The position numbers and the translations under genes were made by a program. From positions 128,001 through 192,000 of the forward strand of contig CAWBOS010000015.1 of NCBI GenBank assembly GCA_963790475.1: a stretch of DNA of 64,000 nt, read 5' to 3'. Positions 41,834 through 52,180 of the stretch are shown one piece after another (position 1 is the first letter of the stretch; each line of letters starts with the position of its first letter). The DNA comes from an uncultured delta proteobacterium (GTDB lineage: Bacteria; Desulfobacterota; RBG-13-43-22). The notes under the pieces were generated by a model. The model was not told the DNA's origin. It saw only the letters and a program-made list of their open reading frames with translations, and made no database searches.

Positions 41834-43078
41834 ATGGAAAGAAGAGTCGTCATAACAGCCTGTTCCGCAATTACTCCTATTGGCCATTCCAAAGAAGAAA
41901 TTGTCAATAGCCTGGTCAGTGGAATTTCCGGAGTAAAACCATTACGTCAGGATGATCTGCTGGCAAAGTATATCCATTCCAAAGTTTTCGGAACAGTAGA
42001 TTATCCGCTTGAGTATGATTTCAAACGCATACATCGCAAGACGATGGGGCCGGTTGCCTATTATGCCTGTCAGGTGGCCAAGGAAGTTATTGAGGCCTCC
42101 GGGTTAGATAATGAGTTTATCACCTCCGGACGATTAGGCGTGGCCTTTGGATCAACCCATGGCAGCCCTACGGTTCAGAGGGAAATATATAAAATCTTTT
42201 TCGGGGGCTCTTCTTCCGAATATGCAAAAATCGGCGCGGTAGAATACCTGAAGTCCATGGTCCATACGACAGCCGTGAATATCACCAAGATGTTTGGTAT
42301 TACGGGCCGGGTCATTTCTTCCTCTACGGCCTGCACCACCGGAAGCCAGTCCCTCGGTTATGGATATGAATCGATCAAGTTCGGGATGCAGGACGCCATG
42401 CTTTGCGGCGGGGCCGACGAATATGACACCACCACCGTTGCCGTTTTCGATAATCTGTTGGCCTGTTCAACCGCCTTTAATGAAACCCCGCATCTCACCC
42501 CCCGTCCCTTTGACTCCAGAAGAGACGGTCTTGTAGTTGGAGAAGGCGCCGGGGCAGTTTTGTTGGAAGAATATGAACACGCCCGGAAGCGGGGGGGCAA
42601 TATTCTGGCCGAAGTCATTGGGTTTGCCTGTAACAATAACGGCGGAGATTTGATTTTGCCCAACCTGGAGGGCATCACCCAGACCCTTCGCCTTGGCCTG
42701 GAGAATGCCAGGATTTCCCCGGATCAGGTTGATTTCGTGAGCGCTCATGCCACGGGAACCAAAATGGGAGACATTATCGAGGCCCAGGCTATTCATAAGG
42801 TCTATGGGAATTCACCCTGGGTCACCGGTTTAAAAAGCTATATGGGGCATACGATGGGGTCCTGCGGTGCCATTGAAACGATCCTCTGCACTTACATGAT
42901 GGAAGCAGGATTCATCGCTCCGACTTTGAATCTGGAGGTCGTTGATGACCGATGTGCCATGATTCGGCATTCGCTGAAACTTCAGGAAGGAAAAATCCGA
43001 ATCGCCGCTATTCAAAATTTTGCCTTTGGGGGAGTTAATACCTGCCTGATTATCAAAAATCCAGCCGAAGCTATTTGA
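41834..43078 (+). CDS. Beta-ketoacyl-ACP synthase family protein
   Basis: Cys-His-His triad intact: STACTT, SAHATGT, GHTMG. NFAFGG near the C-terminus. Confidence 0.93.
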   Translation: MERRVVITACSAITPIGHSKEEIVNSLVSGISGVKPLRQDDLLAKYIHSKVFGTVDYPLEYDFKRIHRKTMGPVAYYACQVAKEVIEASGLDNEFITSGRLGVAFGSTHGSPTVQREIYKIFFGGSSSEYAKIGAVEYLKSMVHTTAVNITKMFGITGRVISSSTACTTGSQSLGYGYESIKFGMQDAMLCGGADEYDTTTVAVFDNLLACSTAFNETPHLTPRPFDSRRDGLVVGEGAGAVLLEEYEHARKRGGNILAEVIGFACNNNGGDLILPNLEGITQTLRLGLENARISPDQVDFVSAHATGTKMGDIIEAQAIHKVYGNSPWVTGLKSYMGHTMGSCGAIETILCTYMMEAGFIAPTLNLEVVDDRCAMIRHSLKLQEGKIRIAAIQNFAFGGVNTCLIIKNPAEAI

Positions 43079-43132
43079 TACACAGTTAGAGATAAATTCT
43101 CAGATTAATGGTGCAAGCCTCTAAAATAGAAA

Positions 43133-43897
43133 ATGACCATTCCCAAATGGATTAAACGTTCCATTGATTTTATTGTCACCCTTACTTTATGGTTTTATTT
43201 TACCTTAGGCTATTTTATCTTATTCTCCCCCTTTTACTTCTTTTCCTTCTTTTTTTCTAACAACCGCGAAAATTCTTTCCAAAAATTGAATCAACGATAT
43301 TTCAAGTCGTTTTTTAGGGTTCTGCAAATCATCACTCCCGGTTTAAATATACATATCGACCATGACGTTTATTCCATCCGTTGTTCAGTTATTGTGTGTA
43401 ATCATATTTCCTACTTTGACCCGATTCTTCTGCTTTCGCTGTTTGAAAAACAAAAAACAGTAGTTAAAAGAACATTTCTGAAGGTGCCTATTCTGGGATG
43501 GCTGTTGAAAACATCCGGGTATTGGTTTACAACGACAGATGAGACTTTCACCTCTTTCATGGAAGGTGTTGAGAACCTGAACGATTATCTGTTATCGGGT
43601 GGAAATATATTTATCTTTCCGGAAGGTACCAGAAGCCGGGATGGGAAAATTGGGCGCCTGAACAAGGGAGCCTTTACCATTGCCAAACGATGTCGGGCTC
43701 CGATTCAGGTGTTGATGGTCAAGAATACGAATAGGTTGTATGCGCCGGGGAAATTGTTGGTTAATACCTGTATTCCCAATACGATTGAAGTAAAACGGAT
43801 TTTAAGCCTCCATCCGGAATACACCGGCGATACTTTTTCGATTCATACACTGATGGAGCAAGTCAGGCAAGCCTATGAACGCCAAAGCGAGACCTAA
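43133..43897 (+). CDS. Lysophospholipid acyltransferase (PlsC-like)
   Basis: NHISYFD and FPEGTRS motifs, N-terminal TM segment. Confidence 0.9.
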   Translation: MTIPKWIKRSIDFIVTLTLWFYFTLGYFILFSPFYFFSFFFSNNRENSFQKLNQRYFKSFFRVLQIITPGLNIHIDHDVYSIRCSVIVCNHISYFDPILLLSLFEKQKTVVKRTFLKVPILGWLLKTSGYWFTTTDETFTSFMEGVENLNDYLLSGGNIFIFPEGTRSRDGKIGRLNKGAFTIAKRCRAPIQVLMVKNTNRLYAPGKLLVNTCIPNTIEVKRILSLHPEYTGDTFSIHTLMEQVRQAYERQSET

Positions 43898-44034
43898 GGC
43901 CCAGGGGCTGGAGATTCCTCCCCTAGCCTGACTCATCGAACCCCGGTCATCGCTTCATTGGAAACAAAACGGTTTAATCGGTCGGTTATGCACACCCGAC
44001 CTTCCAGGGAAGTTTTATAGAAAGGGAGCAATTA

Positions 44035-45522
44035 ATGTTTACCCCTGAAGAGGGCAAGGAAAAAGTCCTGGTCATCGGCTCCGGCATCGGCGGCCTGAGC
44101 ACGGGCATCATTTTAGCCAAGCTCGGTTTTGAGGTCACCGTCATCGAGAAGAATCGACAGCCCGGCGGGTTGATGCGTAGCTATGCTCGCCGGGGAGTGC
44201 AGTGTAACGTCGGTCTGCATTACCTGGGGGGATTGGATCAGGGCCAGATTCTGCGCCGCTGTTTCGATTTTCTGGACATTACGGATCAGCTTCCACTTAT
44301 TCGGATGGGGGTCGACGGGCCAGTGGATCGGTATCTTTTCGCCGACAACCATCTTGGGATCGACGGTTTTGATGTGCCCACCGGCTTTGAAGCTTACCAA
44401 GCGGGTCTGAACGCCGCCTTTCCAGCCCAAAGAAACCAGGTGGCCGCTTTGATGACCAGGTTACGCCGCAGCGCCGATCAATTAGACCGGCTGTCTTTTC
44501 TATATTCCGAACAGGTGACGGAGCACTGGTTTGATCAAGCCGAGCCGCTGGGGACGATTTTCGACCGGCTTGGCTGTTCCCCCGGTCTGCGGGCGGTCTT
44601 CGGCCTGCCATCGGTCTTGATTGGTGTGCCACACGAGGTGTGTCCCCAGTTCTATCACACCATGACCCTGGCCAGCTACCTGTTGTCGGCCTGGCGACTA
44701 AAAGGACCGGGAGCGACTATGGCCGACGTCTGCGCTCAACGACTGACATCCCTGGGAGGAGGCTTGCGTACCGGAGAGGCGGTAACCGCCATTCGAACGG
44801 CTGATGGCCGCGTCCGGGGTGTAACCCTGGATTCGGGTGAAACCCTGGACGCCTCCCTCGTTGTCGGCACCATCCATCCCAGAGGGATGATCGAGTTACT
44901 GGGGCCTGACGTCCTTAAAGCTTCCTATCGTCGGCGGATCATGGGGTTAAAAAATACACCCGGTATGATGGCGGTGCATGCCCTGGTGCCGGCCGAGAGG
45001 CACCCCGAAATTTTGCATAATCTCTACGCGATACAGGCCGATCCCAACGGCGGGCTTCGAGACCTGATCTTCCTGCAATTGCGTTCCAGCGACCTAACGG
45101 GGCAAAACCTGCTGACACTGATCACTTCCGGTCATGATGAAATATGGCAGACCTGGCAGCAGACCCGCTCCGGCCAGCGTGGTCCGAATTACATCAAAAA
45201 GAAGATGGAATTGGCCCAGGAGATCATTGGAAGGGCGGAAAAGATTATGGGCCCCTTCCATGGGCTACAGATCCTCGACATCTTTACCCCTTTAACCATC
45301 CGGGATTGGGTCAACAGCCCCGAAGGTTCTGCCTACGGGGTGATGCGCTCGGCCGAACAGATGCTTTCGGCCGCGCTTTTGAATCGCACCTCGTTGCGGG
45401 GTCTCTTTTTGGCCGGCCAGAGTGTGTTGTCCCCAGGAATTTTGGGAACCATTTTGGGTTCTTTCACCACTGTGAAATATATCGTGGGTTCAGAGCGATT
45501 CCGGCGGGAGGTGCGGATCTAG
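44035..45522 (+). CDS. Phytoene desaturase-like FAD-dependent oxidoreductase
   Basis: IGSGIGG, EKN..PGG, GLHYLG, GSAYG and LFLAGQS motifs. Confidence 0.88.
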   Translation: MFTPEEGKEKVLVIGSGIGGLSTGIILAKLGFEVTVIEKNRQPGGLMRSYARRGVQCNVGLHYLGGLDQGQILRRCFDFLDITDQLPLIRMGVDGPVDRYLFADNHLGIDGFDVPTGFEAYQAGLNAAFPAQRNQVAALMTRLRRSADQLDRLSFLYSEQVTEHWFDQAEPLGTIFDRLGCSPGLRAVFGLPSVLIGVPHEVCPQFYHTMTLASYLLSAWRLKGPGATMADVCAQRLTSLGGGLRTGEAVTAIRTADGRVRGVTLDSGETLDASLVVGTIHPRGMIELLGPDVLKASYRRRIMGLKNTPGMMAVHALVPAERHPEILHNLYAIQADPNGGLRDLIFLQLRSSDLTGQNLLTLITSGHDEIWQTWQQTRSGQRGPNYIKKKMELAQEIIGRAEKIMGPFHGLQILDIFTPLTIRDWVNSPEGSAYGVMRSAEQMLSAALLNRTSLRGLFLAGQSVLSPGILGTILGSFTTVKYIVGSERFRREVRI

Positions 45523-45767
45523 TCTCTTAGGGAAAATCGTACCCAGGCCATCAACTTTGGTCATTCTACCTGACAAAACTTTGCTTCCAATAATCACTTA
45601 AAATAAGAAGTCGGATAGTCCCTTCTCTTATAATATATTTCAATTAAAAAAGGATCTTATCAGGAATATCTCTTCTGGCTTGATATCAGGCAGATGAAGA
45701 AATATAATTGATACCGCCAATCCTGAAAGGTTAGCCTCACCCTCTTAACCTGAACAAGAGGTCGTTT

Positions 45768-46035
45768 GTGAAAGACGAATTACTCTTGAGTCAACTTGAA
45801 GACCTGGCGTATAAGTTGGGAATAACCATTCGCCATTTCAAGTTCATCCGTTATGAATCATCCGGTCGAGGAGGGCTTTGCCGGATACGGGGGGAATATG
45901 TTTTGTTTGTTGACTCTCAGGCAACAACAAAAGAAAAAATATTGGTCACGATAGAGGCCCTTAAAACAGTTCGACCTTGGTGACCTTCATCTCCTGCCGG
46001 ATATCCGGGGCCTCTTGGAGGGGTCCAAAAAATAA
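45768..46035 (+). CDS. Small hypothetical protein (frameshift near 45965)
   Basis: GGLCRIRGE motif. Removing one A gives ALKQFDLGDLHLLPDIRGLLEGSKK*. Confidence 0.65.
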
Positions 46036-46067
46036 CTTGGGAAATTAGGGAATGGAGGCAGACGGAT

Positions 46068-46529
46068 ATGAAATCACAGAAACCAATCTTTAGGATTCTA
46101 CCGAGTTTCTCACTGGTATTAATACTCTTAACTGGATTAAGCGGCCTGGCAGTCGGAAAGTCACCGCTGGATGATGGTGCCATAAAGGGGTACGACACCG
46201 TCGCCTATTTCCAGGCCGGCCAAGCACAAAGGGGCAACGAGTCCTTTTCATTCCAGTGGCATGGTATGACCTGGTATTTCTCAACCAAAGAGAACAAGGA
46301 TCTGTTCACGACCAATCCTGAGAAATACGCTCCGCAATATGACGGTTATTGTGCCTGGGCCATGTCGGAAGGACGGAAAGCCCAAGCCGATCCTGAAGTA
46401 TGGAAGATTGTTAACGGAAAGCTTTACCTGAATTGTAGCCCGACGGCCTATGAAAAATGGAGTAGGGATATTCCCGGTAACATCAAAAAGGCCGATACGG
46501 ACTGGCTAAAATTTTCCGGTAGAAATTGA
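46068..46529 (+). CDS. Exported YHS domain-containing protein (Cys form)
   Basis: Signal peptide, AIKGYDTVAYF, PQYDGYCAWAM and GKLYLN motifs. Confidence 0.88.
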   Translation: MKSQKPIFRILPSFSLVLILLTGLSGLAVGKSPLDDGAIKGYDTVAYFQAGQAQRGNESFSFQWHGMTWYFSTKENKDLFTTNPEKYAPQYDGYCAWAMSEGRKAQADPEVWKIVNGKLYLNCSPTAYEKWSRDIPGNIKKADTDWLKFSGRN

Positions 46530-46611
46530 TCGTCTGACATCCATATCAATGGTTCCTGATAACCATACTGATGGCAATGCTTGAGCGGGGCTGGACCCCG
46601 GTAATGACTAT

Positions 46612-46806
46612 CTACGTCCTGGACCAGGTGTTCCGGATGGGTGAATGATATCCTTGAAGTAAGGATGATAACCCTTCCCCGGTATATCCGGTTATCCGAC
46701 AAAACGCCTCATTGACCTTGGTGAAGCGGAAGTCCGGGCTTGCTATACACATTCCGAGAGGGCCTTCCTCGAAAACCCTGCGGAAACATTCTTCGTTCTC
46801 CCTCAA
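46612..46806 (-). pseudogene. PAS-domain sensor fragment
   Basis: FRRVFEEGPLGM...VNEAFCRITGY, which then degenerates. Confidence 0.6.
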
Positions 46807-47030
46807 GGCCTGTTCGTTGTATCGGGATTTAGACTCTATTTCTTCCCAATGGGCTCTCTTTACAGAAACGGGGTTTATTAATCCTTCGACACTCCTTCTT
46901 TAAGGGTTGTCAGCAATGAAACGGGTTATTAAATTTCATTCCCTGGGGGCAATGGGCCATGGGTTGTCCGCCGAAAATAATGCGGAGAATTTATCAACCC
47001 ATTGTCCATAGCTTATTGTCCCGGTAGAAC

Positions 47031-47891
47031 TTATTTCTTGTGATTGTACCAGCCGGCCCCGGTCTTACGACCCAGGCGGTTGGCCCGGATCATGGTTTTA
47101 TGCAGATTGGGAACTACCCACTTATTCTCTTTGTTCAGTTCATTGTAAAAATAATCAGCCACATCTTTGGCGATATCCAGACCGGTCAGGTCCATCAGTT
47201 CAAAAGGTCCCATGGGGTAGTTGAGCCCCAGTTTGACGGCCTTATCCACGTCTTCCGGTGTAGCAATGCCTTCCTCAACAATTTTGACCGCTTCGATAAA
47301 ATGGGGGATCATTACCCGGTTGACCACGAATCCCGGCGTATCCTTTTTGACCTCGATTGTTTCCTTGCCCATCTTTTTAGCCAAACCGGTCGTAACCTGA
47401 ACGGTTTCATCACTGGTCTGATAGGCCCGAATAATCTCCACCAAGCGCATCAAGGGAACGGGGTTAAAAAAATGCATACCCACCACCCTGTCCGGCCGCT
47501 GAGTGGCTACGGCGATCTCGGTGATCGACATGGAAGAGGTATTGGTGGCCAGGATGACCTCGGGCCGGCAAATGCCGTCCAATTCTTTAAAAACCGCCTT
47601 CTTTAAGTTGAGGTCTTCGAGAACGGCCTCGATCACAAAATCCACATCCTTGAGGTCAGACATACTGGTGGTCCCTTTGATCCGCCCCAGAATTTCCTTT
47701 TTCTGGTCTTCAGTCATCTTGCCCTTTTCAACACTTTTACCCAAAAAACCGGTAATGTTTTTAAGGCCCTTTTCCACAAACCGGTCCTCCAGGTCGCGCA
47801 TCACTACCGAACATCCGATCTGGGCCGCTAACTGGGCGATTCCGTTGCCCATGGTACCCGCGCCGACCACACCAATCTTTTTTATCTCCAT
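47031..47891 (-). CDS. hbd: 3-hydroxyacyl-CoA (3-hydroxybutyryl-CoA) dehydrogenase
   Basis: GAGTMG, TNTSS, GMHFFNP and PMGPF motifs. AGGAGG RBS. Confidence 0.92.
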   Translation of the reverse strand: MEIKKIGVVGAGTMGNGIAQLAAQIGCSVVMRDLEDRFVEKGLKNITGFLGKSVEKGKMTEDQKKEILGRIKGTTSMSDLKDVDFVIEAVLEDLNLKKAVFKELDGICRPEVILATNTSSMSITEIAVATQRPDRVVGMHFFNPVPLMRLVEIIRAYQTSDETVQVTTGLAKKMGKETIEVKKDTPGFVVNRVMIPHFIEAVKIVEEGIATPEDVDKAVKLGLNYPMGPFELMDLTGLDIAKDVADYFYNELNKENKWVVPNLHKTMIRANRLGRKTGAGWYNHKK

Positions 47892-48053
47892 AAACAAACC
47901 TCCTTTAACGACTGATATTTTTGTTGAGACTATATCTTCTATTGCCCGTTTGTCAATTGTGAAAGGCGATAAGGAATCGGCTCGGAAGAAGACCCCCTCA
48001 TCTGAAAAGTAATACCCATCCGCGCCGCCACTCCCTTTATACTAAACTTCTTC

Positions 48054-48082
48054 TTGACAGGAAAATCGAAATAACATAAATT
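48054..48082 (+). promoter_or_regulatory. Sigma70-like promoter, likely leaderless transcript
   Basis: TTGACA-17 nt-TAAATT ending 7 nt before ATG 48090. Confidence 0.55.
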
Positions 48083-48089
48083 TCAGGCC

Positions 48090-48233
48090 ATGGAAACCAA
48101 AGATCAAAAAATCAAACCCGACACTTCCCAGGACTGGATGATTATTTCCATTGTTTTCTGGATTGTCTTTGTTCTGATCGTCACCATCGGGTATTTGGTC
48201 AACCCCAATTATGTACCCCCTATCAAACCATAA
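48090..48233 (+). CDS. Small single-TM protein (47 aa), not in the ORF track
   Basis: METKDQKIKPDTSQDWMIISIVFWIVFVLIVTIGYLVNPNYVPPIKP. Confidence 0.65.
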   Translation: METKDQKIKPDTSQDWMIISIVFWIVFVLIVTIGYLVNPNYVPPIKP

Positions 48234-48305
48234 ATTTCGGATTTCGGAATTTAGACTTGGAGCCCCGGCCGCTCATTACTATTATCCATGATCCGGCCTT
48301 GACCC

Positions 48306-49751
48306 TCAAAGGCCTAATCTGCTTTTAGCCCATTCCAGGGCCTTTTCCCGACTTGAAATCTTTCCTTCCAATTGTTCTTCCTGGAGTTCCGACAGTAAAG
48401 TTTTGAATAATGGGCCGGGGGTAAAGCCCAGTTCTATCAGATCTCTTCCGAAAATAAGAGGGGAGATTCCCCCCAGGGGACGATTGATTTCGTCCCTGGC
48501 GGAAAGGGTGTCGCGCCACAAATCTTTAAGCCGGTCTTCCAGGTCTTTTGGTTTTTCTATACCCTGGGCGGCCAGGCTGTCGGCCAGGGCCAATAAGAAT
48601 ATCCCGTTTAGTTCGCCTCCGATTTCTCTCACGAACCGGATCACGGCCCGGCGGGTCAGGGATTTGTTTATCATTTCTTGAACCAGACTCAGGGGTCGCA
48701 TGTGCCGGCCGATCATCCGATCGATAAAAATTTTTTCACGGTTGCCGAGACGATATCGTTCGGCAATAGAACCGAACCGATCCCGAGAAACCTCGGGATG
48801 CCCGTAAAAGGTCCTATGCCCTGCCCTTTCAGCCCCGGTTGCCGCCTTCCCCAGGTCGTGCAGCAGGGCCGCCCATTTTAGCCAGGCTGCTTTTTTGTCT
48901 TCTTTCAGATAAGAAACCATTTCCGCATCCAGGTTTTCCGGCAAGGGAATGACCTTTTGAATCAGACCTTCCAAACATCGAAGGGTAAGCAGACTGTGCT
49001 GGTAAACGTCAAGGTGATGATACCGATCCTGAATCATCCCTTTTAAATGTCCTATCTCCGGAAAAAGAACTTCCAACAGGCCGGAGGGCTCCATTCCTTG
49101 AATAGAAACAAAACTCGAGGACTGGGAGAGCAATCCCAACCACTCCTGGTGAATACGTTCCGGAGCACTTCGGGTCAGGATTGGAGCTGATTTTTGAATG
49201 GCCTGCCCGGTATCAGGATCAATGGTCATACCCAGTTGAGCCGACAAACGGAAGGCCCGAAGCATTCGCAAAGGATCTTGTTCAAAACAATCCGGGGCGG
49301 CCATGCGCAGAACCCTGTCCTGCAAGTCCCGTATCCCATTTAAAGGATCATAAGGGACCCATTCCCTTTGGACAAAGGCCTGCGCCAAAGGAAGGCCGAT
49401 GGCATTAACCGTGAAATCCCGTCTCCTCAGGTCCGTTTCCAGGTCAGGACCTCGAAATCCGGCGAAATCGAAGGTGCGGCCCTGAAGGACCACCCGGGCC
49501 ATCTCCCCTTCTTTACGAAGTAAAACAAAAGTCCCGCCTGTCCTGTCGGCAAATATTCGGGCGGTTTTCAGAGATTCTTTAGAAAGGGTTATATCCACAT
49601 CCCGGGTGCCCCTGGTGAGCAGACGGTCTCGTACCAAGCCGCCGACCAGGAAAATCTCTGCACCAACTTCCTGTGAGATTCTAAGGAGCAGGCTGAATTC
49701 GGGTTGATCGACCACCCACTGGCGCAGTTTTTTTATTTGCTCTGTTTCCAT
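48306..49751 (-). CDS. CCA-adding / poly(A) polymerase family nucleotidyltransferase with HD domain
   Basis: VGGLVRD..DVD, DLRRRDFTVNA, DPLRMLRAFR and LLHDLGK motifs. Confidence 0.93.
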   Translation of the reverse strand: METEQIKKLRQWVVDQPEFSLLLRISQEVGAEIFLVGGLVRDRLLTRGTRDVDITLSKESLKTARIFADRTGGTFVLLRKEGEMARVVLQGRTFDFAGFRGPDLETDLRRRDFTVNAIGLPLAQAFVQREWVPYDPLNGIRDLQDRVLRMAAPDCFEQDPLRMLRAFRLSAQLGMTIDPDTGQAIQKSAPILTRSAPERIHQEWLGLLSQSSSFVSIQGMEPSGLLEVLFPEIGHLKGMIQDRYHHLDVYQHSLLTLRCLEGLIQKVIPLPENLDAEMVSYLKEDKKAAWLKWAALLHDLGKAATGAERAGHRTFYGHPEVSRDRFGSIAERYRLGNREKIFIDRMIGRHMRPLSLVQEMINKSLTRRAVIRFVREIGGELNGIFLLALADSLAAQGIEKPKDLEDRLKDLWRDTLSARDEINRPLGGISPLIFGRDLIELGFTPGPLFKTLLSELQEEQLEGKISSREKALEWAKSRLGL

Positions 49752-49944
49752 GGCTTCAGGTATATACAGTTAAAATCAAAAGTCAAAGTTCGAAATGTTA
49801 AATTTCAAATTGCAGGATTTTTAATGATGTTTAATGAATTTGATCGCTTTCAACTTTGAACCTCATCTATTGCCCTTTACGTTTTAATCTTTAATTTGAG
49901 CTTTGAACTTTTAATTTCTAATTTTTCAGTTTCAACTTTGCCCT

Positions 49945-51288
49945 ATGACGCCTTTCCCTGACATCCTCCTGATCAATCCCTATATCTGGGATTTTACCGC
50001 ATATGATCTCTGGGCCAAACCTCTGGGGTTGCTCTATCTGGCCGGGAGTCTGCGGGCCAATGGGTATCAGGTCCATCTGTTGGACTGTTTGGATATCCAT
50101 TTCCAAAGCACGGGGTCTGTGGGTCCTTTACCGCCCCGCAAAGCCTTCGGCACCGGGAAATATTTCCGTCAGCGTCTGGCCAAGCCTCCGGTCTTGCAGG
50201 ATATCCCCAAATATTACTATCGTTATGGGGTCCCTCCGTCCTATTTTCTTCAAGCCTTAAAAAAACTCCCCCCACCCCGGGCCGTTTTGATTACTTCTTC
50301 CATGACCTATTGGTATGAGGGGCTTGTTGAGACCAAGGAACTGGTTCGATCGGTTTTTCCTGAGACCCCGATCATCCTGGGCGGTATTTACGCCTCCTTG
50401 ATGCCCGATCATGCCCACAAGACCGTGCGCCCGGATCATCTTATCACCGGACCAGGGGAAGGGGCAATTTTAAAGTTGTTGGACTCCATAACAGGTCATG
50501 ACTCCACGCACCAACCGGGTCTTGAAGACTTGGATGCCTATCCCCTGCCGGCCTTTGATTTGTATCCCTGTCTGGATTATGTCTGCCTGCTGACTTCCCG
50601 GGGTTGTCCCTTTTCCTGCCCTTATTGCGCCTCTAAAATCCTTCAACCCGGGTTTCGCCGTCGTTCCGCAGAAGGGGTTGCCGATGAAATGGCCTACTGG
50701 AAGCGGACGAAAGGGATTTTGGATTTTGCCTTCTATGATGATGCCTTGCTGATCGGGTTTGAGAATCATCTGGGACCGGTACTGGAGACTATTCTTCGGC
50801 AAAACCTGGCCCTCCGCTTTCATACCCCCAACGCCGTTCATGTACGGGAGATTACCTTGGAGAGGGCGCGTCTCCTTTATAAGGCCGGTTTCAAAAACTT
50901 GCGACTGGGGTTGGAAACGACCAATTGGGAGCGGCAAAAGGCCTGGGGAGGCAAGATGGATAAAGCGGATCTTGACCGGGCTATCGCCTCGTTACGAAAA
51001 GGCGGGTTTGCACCTAATCAAATCGAGGCCTATTTGCTGATTGGTCTGCCGGGTCAAACGCTTCCGGAAATAGAACAGACCATCCGGGAGGTAAAGACCC
51101 TGGGTATCCGCCCCAGACTGGCCGAATATTCCCCCCTACCCCGAACGGTGCTCTGGCCTGAGGCCTGCCGGTCCTCCAGGTTCCCTTTGGCCGAAGATCC
51201 GGTTTTTCACAATAATTCTCTGGTTCCCTGTTTAAACCCTTTTTCCTGGAAAGCGGTCCAAGCCCTGAAGGACCTGGCCAGGGGTTAA
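49945..51288 (+). CDS. Cobalamin-binding radical SAM protein
   Basis: KPLGLLYLA, GGIYAS, TSRGCPFSCPYC and FHTPNA motifs. Confidence 0.88.
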   Translation: MTPFPDILLINPYIWDFTAYDLWAKPLGLLYLAGSLRANGYQVHLLDCLDIHFQSTGSVGPLPPRKAFGTGKYFRQRLAKPPVLQDIPKYYYRYGVPPSYFLQALKKLPPPRAVLITSSMTYWYEGLVETKELVRSVFPETPIILGGIYASLMPDHAHKTVRPDHLITGPGEGAILKLLDSITGHDSTHQPGLEDLDAYPLPAFDLYPCLDYVCLLTSRGCPFSCPYCASKILQPGFRRRSAEGVADEMAYWKRTKGILDFAFYDDALLIGFENHLGPVLETILRQNLALRFHTPNAVHVREITLERARLLYKAGFKNLRLGLETTNWERQKAWGGKMDKADLDRAIASLRKGGFAPNQIEAYLLIGLPGQTLPEIEQTIREVKTLGIRPRLAEYSPLPRTVLWPEACRSSRFPLAEDPVFHNNSLVPCLNPFSWKAVQALKDLARG

Positions 51289-51635
51289 GGAACGTCGGAA
51301 GAAGACAGGAAGGAGTGGGGGCATTAGTAAGTTCAATCGGGATTGGTTGAAAAATTTTAAGATTGCCCTGAAACCTGAAAGCCGAAGGAAGATCAATCTT
51401 AGAGTTGGCGTTGAGCCGTTATAGGTATAATAAAAAGATATCTCTATTCTTTTTTTGGTCTACCTGCCCAATCATAAGTATCCCGGAAATAAACCTTTTA
51501 TTGGTAAAAACAAGACAAATTTTGTCCAATCATGGAAGTTAAAACCTGCCATTCATTCTATTCGCAACCCTCAAAGATTCCCTCTTAAGCCTTAACTTGT
51601 TAAAGAAATTGTAATTTCGCCACTTGATCAATTAA

Positions 51636-51651
51636 TGGCCTAATAATTGCA
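51636..51651 (+). promoter_or_regulatory. Sigma54 (-24/-12) promoter
   Basis: TGGCCTAATAATTGCA matches TGGC-N7-TTGCW. Confidence 0.6.
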
Positions 51652-51717
51652 GTTTAGAATAACTGGAATTAACTGGGAATATAAGCTTTTCAGTTTTTAC
51701 CGGAAAAAGGAATTTCT

Positions 51718-51921
51718 ATGAGACAATTTAGGGATAGTGTTCTCAAAGCGGATGAAATATCGGAATGGTTGAGGATTCCCAAATCGACCATTTATAAGCT
51801 CTGCCTGGAAGGGCAGATTCCCGGGACAAAAATCGGCCGGCACTGGCGGTTTGACCGTAACGATATTGAGATTTGGTTCAAGAATAGAATTAAAAATGGA
51901 AACCGGGAGGTTAGCCGATGA
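51718..51921 (+). CDS. Excisionase-family helix-turn-helix protein
   Basis: LKADEISEWLRIPKSTIYKL...IPGTKIGRHWRF. Confidence 0.85.
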   Translation: MRQFRDSVLKADEISEWLRIPKSTIYKLCLEGQIPGTKIGRHWRFDRNDIEIWFKNRIKNGNREVSR

Positions 51922-52180
51922 CAACCTGTTGTTCATACAAGGTCCTTCTGACGGGCTCAAATTTTTTTGCAGGAAGCCCATTGAAGATTGAATTCAAAAT
52001 AGAAATCGACGCAACCCCTCACCTAGGAAGGCAGGGACGAAATCATCCTATAGAGTATACTTTATTCTTTTGAAAGCAAATACTGGAGATCAAGGTTTAT
52101 AGCACTCTGATAAATTTTTTATTCAAAAAGATCGAGGCGGTTGTTGAAACCAAAGAAGCCGTCTGATCGAGGAGGATATA

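Noticed and set aside
38853-46900. Integrative element at tRNA-Glu
   Set aside because: No integrase and no duplicated tRNA 3' end found by eye.
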